A stretch of DNA of 64,000 bases from Patescibacteria group bacterium (lineage in GTDB: Bacteria; Patescibacteriota; Microgenomatia; Levybacterales; UBA12049), in NCBI GenBank assembly GCA_038063415.1, contig JBBTVD010000006.1, positions 221,882 through 285,881 of the forward strand, written 5' to 3'. The notes beneath the pieces are model-generated. The model ran no database searches, was not told the DNA's origin, and saw only the letters and a list, made by a program, of their open reading frames with translations. The position numbers were made by a program, and so were the translations under genes. This document shows positions 29,626 through 38,640 of the stretch, one piece after another. The stretch's first letter is position 1, and each line of letters opens with the position of its first letter.

Positions 29626-30510
29626 CTAGATTAGTTCCATATTCTTTAATACTTTTTTCAACTCTTCTTTATTTTTCTTTTCCATTTGAACGAGCGGCAA
29701 GCGGAAAACTTCCTCGACCTTTCCCATCAGAGCAAGTGCCGTTTTAACTGGCTGGGGATTCGTCTCAATAAAATTAACATCCATGAGATCCAATAGCTGA
29801 TAATGCATCTTTTTTGCTTTCTCCCATTCTCCCGCAAGGGCGTGTTGAACAAGTTGGGTAAAGGCTTTCGGAGTTTCGTTTGCAACAACCGAAATGGCAC
29901 CCATTCCTCCAATTGCAATGATTGGCAAGGTGAAGTTGTCATCGCCAGAAAGAAGGGAGAAGTTTTTTGGAGCACTTCTGATAATCTCCATCATCTGGGG
30001 AAGATTCGCAGATGATTCTTTGATACCAATCACTTGTGGAATCTCTTGTGCTATACGTAGCGTCGTTGCCGCAGTCATATTACTCCCCGTTCTTCCCGGG
30101 ACATTATAAAGTAAAAACGGTAAGTCTACCGTTGCAGCAATCGCTTTATAGTGTGCAAGAAGACCAGCTGGTGTTGGTTTGTTGTAGTAGGGATTTACAT
30201 GCAGTAAAATATCCGCACCAGATTTTTTTGCAAGTTGCGATAAATGAATTGACTTATGCGTATCATTACTTACAGCACCAGCAATCACAGGAATACGTCC
30301 AGCTACCGTATCAACCACCGTTTTGATCACGAGTGAGTACTCTTCAAAACTCAGGGTTGCTGCCTCTCCAGTTGACCCACATGCTACGATACCATTGATA
30401 CCTTCTTTTATTTGAAAGGCAACGAGTTTTTGTAGCGTTGGCACGTCAACATTTCCCTTTTTATCAAAAGGAGTCACAAGCGCAGTGATGGCACCAGTCA
30501 GTTGTTTCAT
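29626..30510 (-). CDS. dapA: 4-hydroxy-tetrahydrodipicolinate synthase
   Basis: ALVTPF, GSTGE, PYYNKP, LYNVPGRTG, GIKES, SGDD, ETNP.PVK. Confidence 0.97.
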   Translation of the reverse strand: MKQLTGAITALVTPFDKKGNVDVPTLQKLVAFQIKEGINGIVACGSTGEAATLSFEEYSLVIKTVVDTVAGRIPVIAGAVSNDTHKSIHLSQLAKKSGADILLHVNPYYNKPTPAGLLAHYKAIAATVDLPFLLYNVPGRTGSNMTAATTLRIAQEIPQVIGIKESSANLPQMMEIIRSAPKNFSLLSGDDNFTLPIIAIGGMGAISVVANETPKAFTQLVQHALAGEWEKAKKMHYQLLDLMDVNFIETNPQPVKTALALMGKVEEVFRLPLVQMEKKNKEELKKVLKNMELI

Positions 30511-31241
30511 ACGATGAGCTCCTCAAACACATCATCAAAAGAATAAAAGCCTTTTTTGTTATGAATAAATCTGGCCGCAACAAGCGCACCCTCAGCAAAG
30601 CCACGTCCACCGCGAGATTGATGAGTAAGAGAAATCTCATCAGCAATACTATCAAAGGTCACTTCATGTCTGCCACGATTATGCCCTCCTCTGAGGGAAG
30701 CAAAATGTAACTCTTCTTTTTTGATTGGCCGATCAATGGCATCGGTCTGGACAACTTTTTTTGCCGGAAAGCTCTCAAGAATGATACTCGTTAGTTTTTT
30801 TGCAGTTCCACTTGGACTATCTTTTTTAGCCGTGTGATGGACCTCAAATCCATACACATCATATGCTTCAAACTTCTGTGCTAGTTTACTGGCATAACCT
30901 GTTAGTTTATAGAAAATGTTAACCCCAATGGAAAAATTTGGACCATAGACAAATGCACCATTTTCTTTTTTTATCATATCTTTTACTTGATCCAAGTTGT
31001 CATACCAACCAGTTGTCCCGATAACCAATGGTTTTTTAAGTTCGAGAATTTTTGGAATGTTTTCAAGAACAATAGCTGCTGAGGTAAAATCTATCACCAC
31101 ATCTGCTTCTTGGATACCTATGATGTCCAGCTCTTTTTGCTCACCATACGAAACAGATACGATTTTATCCGTTGTTGACTGCTCAACAATACTTGCAATT
31201 TCACGTCCAACTTTACCAAATCCAACAAGTGCGATATTCAT
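30507..31241 (-). CDS. dapB: 4-hydroxy-tetrahydrodipicolinate reductase
   Basis: GFGKVG, IDFT, IGTTG, NFSIG, EVHHTAKKDSPSGTA. Confidence 0.96.
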   Translation of the reverse strand: MNIALVGFGKVGREIASIVEQSTTDKIVSVSYGEQKELDIIGIQEADVVIDFTSAAIVLENIPKILELKKPLVIGTTGWYDNLDQVKDMIKKENGAFVYGPNFSIGVNIFYKLTGYASKLAQKFEAYDVYGFEVHHTAKKDSPSGTAKKLTSIILESFPAKKVVQTDAIDRPIKKEELHFASLRGGHNRGRHEVTFDSIADEISLTHQSRGGRGFAEGALVAARFIHNKKGFYSFDDVFEELIV

Positions 31242-32578
31242 TTTGCTCCTTTCTGGTTAATTAACCTTGCATGCAATAATACAACTGCGGTATCAATCTG
31301 CTCAGAAGGAATAACCAAACTGATATTAATATTTGCCGTACTCTGAGAAATCATTTGTGTGACAATATTGTTACTTTCAAATGTTGAAAAAACGGTATGC
31401 ATGATGTGACCAACACTTCCGACGCCTTCGCCAATTAATGCAATCATACCACAACTTTCAGATCGTGTAACGGTACCGATCGCCTTAAGATCAGCCATTG
31501 CGGCAGAAAGATGTTCATCATTTTCTAGAGAAATAGACACACTGACCTCAGACACACTGACTAAATCAACAGAAATATGGTGCTTGGTGAAAAGGGCAAA
31601 AACTTCTGCCAAAAACCCTTTCTTAAAAAGCATCTCTGTTGAATAAATAGTCACGAGTGTTATGTGTTTTTTAGTAGCGATAGCAGCAATACGTTTCTCA
31701 ACAGCAATATCTTTGGTTATAATGGTTCCTTCGTTTGTCGGATTAAGCGTATTACAAACTCGTACAGGAATGTTTTTCTGCATTGCCGGACGAATGGTAC
31801 GAGGATGCAGTACTTTTGCTCCAAAGGCAGCAAGCTCGGCTGCTTCTCGATAGGAAACTTGTGGCAACAGTTTTGCGTCTTTAATAAAACGTGGATCGGC
31901 ACTATAAATACCATCAACATCAGTCCAAATCTGAATTTCTTCTGCAGAAAGCGCGTAGCCAATGATTGCTGCGCTATAGTCAGAACCACCACGGCCAAGC
32001 GTCGTCACTTTTCCGTTGCTAGTTGATCCAATAAACCCAGTAATAACAGGAACGATACCTTCTTTAAGCAATGGATCAAGTATCGCTTTTGTTTTTGCTG
32101 TTGTTTCTTTTGGCAAGAACTCTGCTGAACCAAATTCATTGTCTGTCACAATAAGTTCTGTTGCTTTTATTGCTTTTGCGCTTATTCCAAAGTGGTCCAT
32201 AACTGTAGCAATAAGATAAGAAGACATAATTTCTCCATACGATACTATTGCATCGGATAATTCGCTGTTCTTTTTTTTACTTGCAAGTATTTTTTGTATT
32301 TCTTGCTCGCATTGCTCAAGAAAAGGAAGTACCTGATCTTGGAGAGAAGAGTCGTACTGATCAAGTAATTTACCATGTAAGCCTCGTATTTGGACAAAAA
32401 TACTTTTTCGTTCGTTAACAGAAGCTGAAGGAAGCGAGAGTAATAAATCTGTCACGCCACGAATTGCAGAGACTACAACCACTGGCTGTCGTTCCTTCTC
32501 CTCCTGGACAATAGTACAGATTGTCTCAAGTCTTTCGTGGGTACTGACAGATGTTCCGCCAAATTTTAAAATAATCAT
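31238..32578 (-). CDS. lysC: Aspartate kinase
   Basis: KFGGTS, VVVVSA, TTLGRGGSDYSA, WTDVDG, GAKVLHP, two ACT domains. Confidence 0.96.
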   Translation of the reverse strand: MIILKFGGTSVSTHERLETICTIVQEEKERQPVVVVSAIRGVTDLLLSLPSASVNERKSIFVQIRGLHGKLLDQYDSSLQDQVLPFLEQCEQEIQKILASKKKNSELSDAIVSYGEIMSSYLIATVMDHFGISAKAIKATELIVTDNEFGSAEFLPKETTAKTKAILDPLLKEGIVPVITGFIGSTSNGKVTTLGRGGSDYSAAIIGYALSAEEIQIWTDVDGIYSADPRFIKDAKLLPQVSYREAAELAAFGAKVLHPRTIRPAMQKNIPVRVCNTLNPTNEGTIITKDIAVEKRIAAIATKKHITLVTIYSTEMLFKKGFLAEVFALFTKHHISVDLVSVSEVSVSISLENDEHLSAAMADLKAIGTVTRSESCGMIALIGEGVGSVGHIMHTVFSTFESNNIVTQMISQSTANINISLVIPSEQIDTAVVLLHARLINQKGAK

Positions 32579-32594
32579 ACAAGTGCTCCTTTCA

Positions 32595-33929
32595 TCAAAA
32601 CTGATTCTCCTTTGGTAGTATTTGTTTTTTGAGAAATGTTTTTGGATGTTCTGATTTTCTTATGACGAAGAATTTTCCATTGTTCACAAGTACTTCGGAG
32701 GCAGTATGCATACTCATAAAATAAGGCATTGCCTCACTCCATCCATAGGCTCCCGCAACAAAAACGCCAATCAGATCTCCTCGTTTGGTATCTTTTGGCA
32801 AAGAGACATCTTTTCGCAAAAAATCTATCGGAGAACACAATGATCCTCCAATATCCATTGTTTCACCTTCCTCTGAATCTAAACGACTGAGGTTGTATGC
32901 TGGATGTGTACTGGCAGTGTCTACCAAACTCGGCCGTAATAAATGATGCACTCCACCATCGACCAGAACTATCTTCTTGCCATAAGACTCTTTTACTGAA
33001 TCTACTCGAGCAATATAAATGCCACTCTGTCCAACAATATATCTGCCTGGTTCAACAGAAAGTGCTACCTTATTTTCTTGCAAAAAAGGGAACGCAGCCA
33101 GCACATCACCAAGTTTCTTTGAGATAGTTGCAAGCTGTAATGGTTGCTCTGACTCAGCATAAGGAATACCCAATCCTCCACCAAAATCAATCGATCGAAT
33201 TGGGAAATATTTATTGAGTTTTTGAGCAACTCGACAAATATTTGTGACATTCGTTAAAAAAGTTTCTGTGTTGAGCATATTTGCTGCATAGACATGCATA
33301 CCAACAAGTTCACTATGTGGTAATTGTTGCACCCTTTGGATAAAGTCTTTGGTAACTATCGCTTCATCGATGCCAAATTTGGATACACCCCCAGCCATTA
33401 TTTGATGTGCTGCATGCTCTGTTGGTTGTTCGATGTTTATCCGAAGTGCAATTCGTTGCCGTACTCCTTTTGCTTTTGCGATAGTATTGATTCGCTCTAT
33501 TTCTTCTTCACCTTCTACATTGATGACATCAATACCATAGGAGATAGCAAACGCAAGTGCTTCATCAGTTTTTACTGGCCCAGCAAAAGAAACTTTTTTT
33601 GGATCTGCTCCAATTTTTTGTGCAACGAGTAATTCACCAAGAGATGCAACATCAAGTCCTGCACCTAATTTGTATAAACCATCGACAATCGCAAGTGCGG
33701 TGTTTGGTTTGACTGCATAATAGATAGAAATCCCATATGGAGCAAGTGCATCACGCAGTCCTTCATACTGTCTTTTGATTGTTGCAGCATCATAGACATA
33801 GAAAGGTGGAGGGACTTTGGCTACAATTTCTTCAAGAGAAACACCACTAATAAAAAAGCTCTCTTTTCCCTGATGTTTTTCCGTCGCAAAACTTTCACTT
33901 ATCCAACTTGTTTTATTTTTTACTGCCAT
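32595..33929 (-). CDS. lysA: Fold-type III PLP decarboxylase, presumed diaminopimelate decarboxylase (divergent, BtrK-like motifs)
   Basis: YAVKPN, DVASLGE, SKFGI, DFGGG, EPGRY, AGAYG plus operon context. Non-canonical motifs: HVYAAN, DGGVHH, GSLCSPID. Confidence 0.8.
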   Translation of the reverse strand: MAVKNKTSWISESFATEKHQGKESFFISGVSLEEIVAKVPPPFYVYDAATIKRQYEGLRDALAPYGISIYYAVKPNTALAIVDGLYKLGAGLDVASLGELLVAQKIGADPKKVSFAGPVKTDEALAFAISYGIDVINVEGEEEIERINTIAKAKGVRQRIALRINIEQPTEHAAHQIMAGGVSKFGIDEAIVTKDFIQRVQQLPHSELVGMHVYAANMLNTETFLTNVTNICRVAQKLNKYFPIRSIDFGGGLGIPYAESEQPLQLATISKKLGDVLAAFPFLQENKVALSVEPGRYIVGQSGIYIARVDSVKESYGKKIVLVDGGVHHLLRPSLVDTASTHPAYNLSRLDSEEGETMDIGGSLCSPIDFLRKDVSLPKDTKRGDLIGVFVAGAYGWSEAMPYFMSMHTASEVLVNNGKFFVIRKSEHPKTFLKKQILPKENQF

Positions 33930-35086
33930 TTTGAAAAAACTCCTTTCATTCGTTCCAGTCCTTCTGTTATTTCCTCTTCCGATGCTGCATACGAAAGTCT
34001 GATAAAATTTCTCCCAGCAGATCCAAAAGCAAGCCCTGGAACTGTTACCACATTTGCTTCCTCAATTAACTTTTTGGCAATATGCATGCCATCACCAAAT
34101 CTTGATACGTCAACAAAATAATAAAATGCCCCATGCGATTCTTGAACACTAAGTCCATTAATTCCTTTGAGGAGTTTCCCCATTAGCTTCCTTCGAGTAG
34201 CAAGTTGCTCATGATAAAAAATAAGTTCTTCTTCACATGCTCCTTGCACCACAGGAAGTGCCGCATATTGCGAATCAGTTGGGGCACACACATACGCTGC
34301 CTGCTGGGATTTGACCGCATCTTTGATAAAAAAATCAGGACCGACTAACCAACCAAGTCTTTTCCCTGTTTGACTTGCTTGCTTTGATAACCCATCTATA
34401 ATAATTGCACGGTCTGTATACTCAGCAATTGAATGATGCTTTGCTCCGTCAAAAATACAGGTAGAATAAATCTCATCTGAGAGAAAGAATAATGATGGAT
34501 GATCTGTTGTTTCTTTTGCTAGTATTTTTAATACGTTTTCTGAGGCGACTTGTCCTGTTGGATTAGAAGGAGAGTTAATAACGATAATTTTTGTCTGAGG
34601 AGTTATTTTTTTCAAAAGATCAGCTACATCAACATCAAACCTGTCGGTTAGTGCATAAGTAATTACTTTTGCTCCCCATTTTCCAGGAAGGGTTTTATAG
34701 AGAGGATAAAAAAGTGCAGGAATTAATACTTCATCCCCAGGATTAAGCATTGTTTCAAAGGTAATAAAAAGCCCACCTGTTGAGCCGGAAGTAATAATAA
34801 CGTTCTCACGATTTGCTTCAAAAGAAAACGTGTTTTTGTAATTGCTAGCAATAGCATCACGCAACGCTGGTAAACCCGCATTTGGCGTATAGCCAGTTTT
34901 CCCTTCAGTAATTGCCCGACGATTTGCTTCTTGTGCTTTTTGCGGCATAGGAAACGGTAGCTCCCCTAATCCCAGACTAACTCTGGATAATGTTCCGGTA
35001 TAGGGTGTTTCCATAATTGAACGAATGAGCGATATTGCTGTTTGTGCAATTCGTTCATTCGGTTGGTAATAGTGCTGCATGCTCAT
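33920..35086 (-). CDS. Class I/II PLP aminotransferase (probable DapC role)
   Basis: GYTPNAG, NSPSNPTG, SDEIY, GLSK..SQTGKRLG, RLSYA; lies between dapD and lysA. Confidence 0.88.
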   Translation of the reverse strand: MSMQHYYQPNERIAQTAISLIRSIMETPYTGTLSRVSLGLGELPFPMPQKAQEANRRAITEGKTGYTPNAGLPALRDAIASNYKNTFSFEANRENVIITSGSTGGLFITFETMLNPGDEVLIPALFYPLYKTLPGKWGAKVITYALTDRFDVDVADLLKKITPQTKIIVINSPSNPTGQVASENVLKILAKETTDHPSLFFLSDEIYSTCIFDGAKHHSIAEYTDRAIIIDGLSKQASQTGKRLGWLVGPDFFIKDAVKSQQAAYVCAPTDSQYAALPVVQGACEEELIFYHEQLATRRKLMGKLLKGINGLSVQESHGAFYYFVDVSRFGDGMHIAKKLIEEANVVTVPGLAFGSAGRNFIRLSYAASEEEITEGLERMKGVFSKWQ

Positions 35087-35940
35087 CGCAAAGCCTCCTC
35101 AAGTAGTGTTTTGAGAGCAGTTTTTTCATCTCGATATTTGATAATAACTGGCACTTGGATATGAATACCTTGTGCATCAGCAAATGCATTCTCACCTTTT
35201 GGCCGTGTCCCATTCACAACAACTGCTCCTTCTGGGATTTCAAGAGGCGTACTCCTTGTTGCTCTATACACTTTTTCCTTAACTAAATCATATACAGGTG
35301 TTGCCGAGGTAATATTGACGCCAGGTGTCAGAACAACCCGAGAATGAAGAATAACTCCTTCTGCAATTGAGGTATTAATACCCATAAGCACCTCATCCTC
35401 AACAATACAAGGATTTGCATTTACTGGCTCAAGCACTCCTCCAACTTGCGCACCTGCTGAGATGTGGCATCGCTCCCCAACCTGTGCACAACTTCCAACA
35501 AGCGCATGCGAATCAATCATCGTACCGCTCCCAATGTAGGAGCCAATAGCAATATAACTTGGCGGCATGACAATCACATTTTTGCCAAAATAAACGCCAT
35601 CCCGAACACTCGTCCCACCAGGCACAATACGCAAGTTATCACCAGCAAAATCAAACGAGCGCAACGGTAATGTATCCTTATCTGAAAATTGAAGTGTTTC
35701 TTTTTTGTGAGACATCCTTGTGAGTTCTCCCAAACGCATACAGACCAAGATGCCTTCTTTCACCCAGGCATTTGCTTGCCAGATTCCTTTTGTATTTTTT
35801 TCAGCCGAACGAAGAGATCCCTCGTTGAGCGCTTGAAGAAAGGCTACAACAACAGCGTGAGCAGCAGCAGTACGACGCAATTCTTCGACTGAAAGTGTTG
35901 CTAACGCTATCATTTTTTTGTGTAATTGTTCTTTTCTCAT
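35083..35940 (-). CDS. dapD: Tetrahydrodipicolinate N-succinyltransferase
   Basis: W..NAWVKEGIL, RIVPGG, GTMIDSHALVGSCAQVG..CHISAG..VGGVLEP. Confidence 0.93.
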   Translation of the reverse strand: MRKEQLHKKMIALATLSVEELRRTAAAHAVVVAFLQALNEGSLRSAEKNTKGIWQANAWVKEGILVCMRLGELTRMSHKKETLQFSDKDTLPLRSFDFAGDNLRIVPGGTSVRDGVYFGKNVIVMPPSYIAIGSYIGSGTMIDSHALVGSCAQVGERCHISAGAQVGGVLEPVNANPCIVEDEVLMGINTSIAEGVILHSRVVLTPGVNITSATPVYDLVKEKVYRATRSTPLEIPEGAVVVNGTRPKGENAFADAQGIHIQVPVIIKYRDEKTALKTLLEEALR

Positions 35941-35944
35941 AGTA

Positions 35945-37003
35945 TTAGTATAAACAGACAGCTTCAACAATAGCCACCTGTTTTTCTAAATCTGCAACGG
36001 CAATTGATTCATGAGTACTATGTGAATCGTTTGTCCCATCGCCGATATTAACTACCTGAAGTCCTTTTTGATTAAAGTAATTCGCATCCGAAACGCTCCA
36101 ACTTTGAGTATATACTGGATTAATTTTCTGCTGTCGCATAACTTCGGCGATCGATTGTACCCATGGATCATTCTCGGCAAAACGGTACACTCGTTGCTCA
36201 AGTTGTGCTGTTGTCTGTGCTTTAAGTTGATACTTCGTTGCAATCGACTCTACTTGGGTAAACACTTTTTGTGTATAGGTGTGCAAACGTTCTTCATCAA
36301 AACCACGCATATCTCCTTGAAGGATCCCTTCACCAGGTACAGTATTGCGAGTAGAACCAAACTTACCGACACCGATATTAAAGGTTGTCTGATTGTCAAG
36401 ATGTCCTGTTTTTACTGAAGTTAATAATTCTCCAAGTGCAGGGATTATGCTTTTTGCTCTTTCAGGGAAAGATGAGTGACCGCTTTTCCCAATCAAGGAG
36501 ATATCAATACGCATATATGCTGCTGAACCCAGCACTATAGTTCCAACTGGTAAAGCAATATCACAAATAAGTCCCTTGGTTGCGGTAAGTTTTTTGTAAT
36601 TAAATCCCAAAGCACCTGTATTGGTTGACTCTTCATCAACAGTAAACAGTATTTCGAGTGGGCGATGTTCTTTCTCTTTAATTCGTTCGATCACTTCCAG
36701 GATAACGGCAATCATAACTTTATTATCTGCTCCAAGGATAGTATCTCCTTGCGATCTGATTACGCCATCCTCAATGAGAGGAACGATACCGCGCCCTGGT
36801 TCAACGGTATCCATATGTGCGGATAGAAAGAGCGGTTCGCCCTTGCCAGATATACGTACAAAAACATTGCCTATCGTATCTTTCTCAACAAAAATATTTC
36901 TTTGTGCAAAATGAGACATAAGATACGCAGCCATTTTTTCTTCATGACCGGTTGGACTGTCGATTTGTACCAATTTTATAAAAGTATCTATTAGACTATT
37001 CAT
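35945..37003 (-). CDS. M20-family metallopeptidase (peptidase T-like; probable DapE role)
   Basis: SAHMDTV, LGADNK, DEES, GHSS, SDAN, HSTHE. True start ATG 37003 follows SD GAGGAG; the longer ORF start at 37030 lies in the terminator loop. Confidence 0.87.
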   Translation of the reverse strand: MNSLIDTFIKLVQIDSPTGHEEKMAAYLMSHFAQRNIFVEKDTIGNVFVRISGKGEPLFLSAHMDTVEPGRGIVPLIEDGVIRSQGDTILGADNKVMIAVILEVIERIKEKEHRPLEILFTVDEESTNTGALGFNYKKLTATKGLICDIALPVGTIVLGSAAYMRIDISLIGKSGHSSFPERAKSIIPALGELLTSVKTGHLDNQTTFNIGVGKFGSTRNTVPGEGILQGDMRGFDEERLHTYTQKVFTQVESIATKYQLKAQTTAQLEQRVYRFAENDPWVQSIAEVMRQQKINPVYTQSWSVSDANYFNQKGLQVVNIGDGTNDSHSTHESIAVADLEKQVAIVEAVCLY

Positions 37004-37015
37004 ATTTCTCCTCAT

Positions 37016-37039
37016 AAAAAAACCCCTCATCGGAGGGGT
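37016..37039 (-). terminator. Attenuator terminator upstream of the lysine operon
   Basis: ACCCCUC-CGAU-GAGGGGU followed by a U tract, ending 12 nt before the first gene's ATG. Confidence 0.9.
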
Positions 37040-37069
37040 ACTTCTTCTGCGTCAGCAAAAATTCCCCTC

Positions 37070-37117
37070 TTACGAGAAGCGCTTCTTGCCGATTAATTTC
37101 ACAGATGCTATAGTCAT
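37070..37117 (-). CDS. Lysine-operon leader peptide MTIASVKLIGKKRFS
   Basis: ATG ACT ATA GCA TCT GTG AAA TTA ATC GGC AAG AAG CGC TTC TCG TAA; 3 Lys including tandem AAG-AAG inside the first hairpin. Confidence 0.82.
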   Translation of the reverse strand: MTIASVKLIGKKRFS

Positions 37118-37126
37118 ATAAGACCT

Positions 37127-37155
37127 ATATTAACAGAGAGTAATCAAAATAACAA
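37127..37155 (-). promoter_or_regulatory. Promoter of the lysine leader/operon
   Basis: TTGTTA (37155-37150)-17 nt-TAATAT (37132-37127) with extended TG; the -10 ends 9 nt before the leader ATG. Confidence 0.6.
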
Positions 37156-37165
37156 GAGGATAAAG

Positions 37166-37660
37166 ATGGCAAAGACAATAAAACACACTACAGGAAATAA
37201 CATTGCTATTACTGCGCTTATTATTTCTATCCTTAGTTTATTACTTAATTTTTATTTCTCTTTTGATACGACAAACTTTGAACGAGTATCCAGAAGCCAA
37301 GAACTTGTGGATGCAAATTATGAGCTTTTGTATGATGGTGGCACCAATCAGAAGATTATGCATGCCATAAAAAATGGAGAAGATATTACTCCTCTTTTTT
37401 CAAAAGAAGAGATTAATCAGTATATTGACGTATTTGAAGGATTAGGTGCATATTATTGCCAAGGTGATGTCTATAAAAAAAGTCTTACGAATACGTTTTA
37501 TAACTCACTACAATACTATTGTGAAGATCCGTATATCTTCCAAAACTTTAAAGGGAAAAAGAATGGCTCAGCAACGCTTTGTGCGGCATTTTTTCCAAAC
37601 TCAAAATTTGCTCAGACAGTTGATACAACAAATCTCAATACCTGTCATTTTAGGAACTAA
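37166..37660 (+). CDS. Hypothetical membrane-anchored protein (DUF4760-like helix pattern)
   Basis: N-terminal TM; YIDVFEGLGAYYCQGDV; AT-rich; SD GAGGA; divergent from the lysine leader. Confidence 0.7.
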   Translation: MAKTIKHTTGNNIAITALIISILSLLLNFYFSFDTTNFERVSRSQELVDANYELLYDGGTNQKIMHAIKNGEDITPLFSKEEINQYIDVFEGLGAYYCQGDVYKKSLTNTFYNSLQYYCEDPYIFQNFKGKKNGSATLCAAFFPNSKFAQTVDTTNLNTCHFRN

Positions 37661-38640
37661 TGCACAATCTCCACCTCAACCTCAGGCATAAAACCAAAGG
37701 TTTCTGAAACCTTTTCTTGGATATGTCCGATAATCGTTAAGACATCCGCGGCTTTCCCCTCACCAAGATTAATAATGAAATTGGAGTGTTTGGTAGAGAC
37801 TTCCATATTGCCAATGCGATAGCCTGAAAAGCCTAAGCGTTTAATAATATACCCCATTGATACCTTCCCATGCCAGCGATCGGTGATAAACTCCTGTGTG
37901 TCCGGCCAAATGGTCAAGACTTTCTGGACATTTTTTTGATCACGAATGTTCTTAAAGACGGAACCACAAGTAGGGTATTCAATGGGATGATGCTCTTTTC
38001 GATATAAGATATTCTTGGCAGCTACTTCTTGTGCCTGATCGAACTCGGTGTCATTTGCTGCATGCATGCCAAAGAGTGCGGACATCACCAGTAATTTTTT
38101 TTCTTGCTTGATCGAGCTCTCTCGGTAGGCAAAGTGTAATTGCTCATTGGTTAGTCGGGAAAAGTGAAACCCTTCTTCCCGCAGATCAAGGACTTCAGCA
38201 CTCACCAAACGATCTTTGATTTCCCCCCCAAATGCCCCAACGTTCCCCCGTACCCCAGCACCCACCGTCCCGGGAAGTCCACCTGCCCATTCAAGTCCAG
38301 TTAGTTTTTGGGTAAAAGAATAGGTGATCAGATCATCGAGAATCACTCCAGAGAAAGCCTCAATCATATTGTCAGGCTTCACGACCATACCATCTGTTGC
38401 ATGTTTTGGTGACGCAATTTGGAGTACTGCTCCATCAAAGTACTCATCAGGCATAATGAGGTTGGAGCCAAGCCCACAGACAAAAAGACGCTTGGGCTTT
38501 TCTTTGTTGATAAAATCAAGGGATCTGAGGAGACCTTCGCGGTTTTCGGCCAAGAGAAAATGGCGTGCAACACCCCCAACCTTATACCAGGTTATTTTTG
38601 AAAGAGGGAAGTCAGAAAAAACATGCATATGCAGCTTCAT
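37657..38640 (-). CDS. murB: UDP-N-acetylmuramate dehydrogenase
   Basis: VGGVA, GLGSNL, GLEWAGGLPGTVG...GNVGAFG, YRES, GSVFKN, KHSNFIIN, EVEIV. Confidence 0.96.
   Translation of the reverse strand: MKLHMHVFSDFPLSKITWYKVGGVARHFLLAENREGLLRSLDFINKEKPKRLFVCGLGSNLIMPDEYFDGAVLQIASPKHATDGMVVKPDNMIEAFSGVILDDLITYSFTQKLTGLEWAGGLPGTVGAGVRGNVGAFGGEIKDRLVSAEVLDLREEGFHFSRLTNEQLHFAYRESSIKQEKKLLVMSALFGMHAANDTEFDQAQEVAAKNILYRKEHHPIEYPTCGSVFKNIRDQKNVQKVLTIWPDTQEFITDRWHGKVSMGYIIKRLGFSGYRIGNMEVSTKHSNFIINLGEGKAADVLTIIGHIQEKVSETFGFMPEVEVEIVH

Noticed and set aside
37004-37160. Lysine riboswitch or T-box upstream of the lysine operon
   Set aside because: The region is too short and lacks the L-box and T-box consensus; the leader-peptide model explains the sequence.
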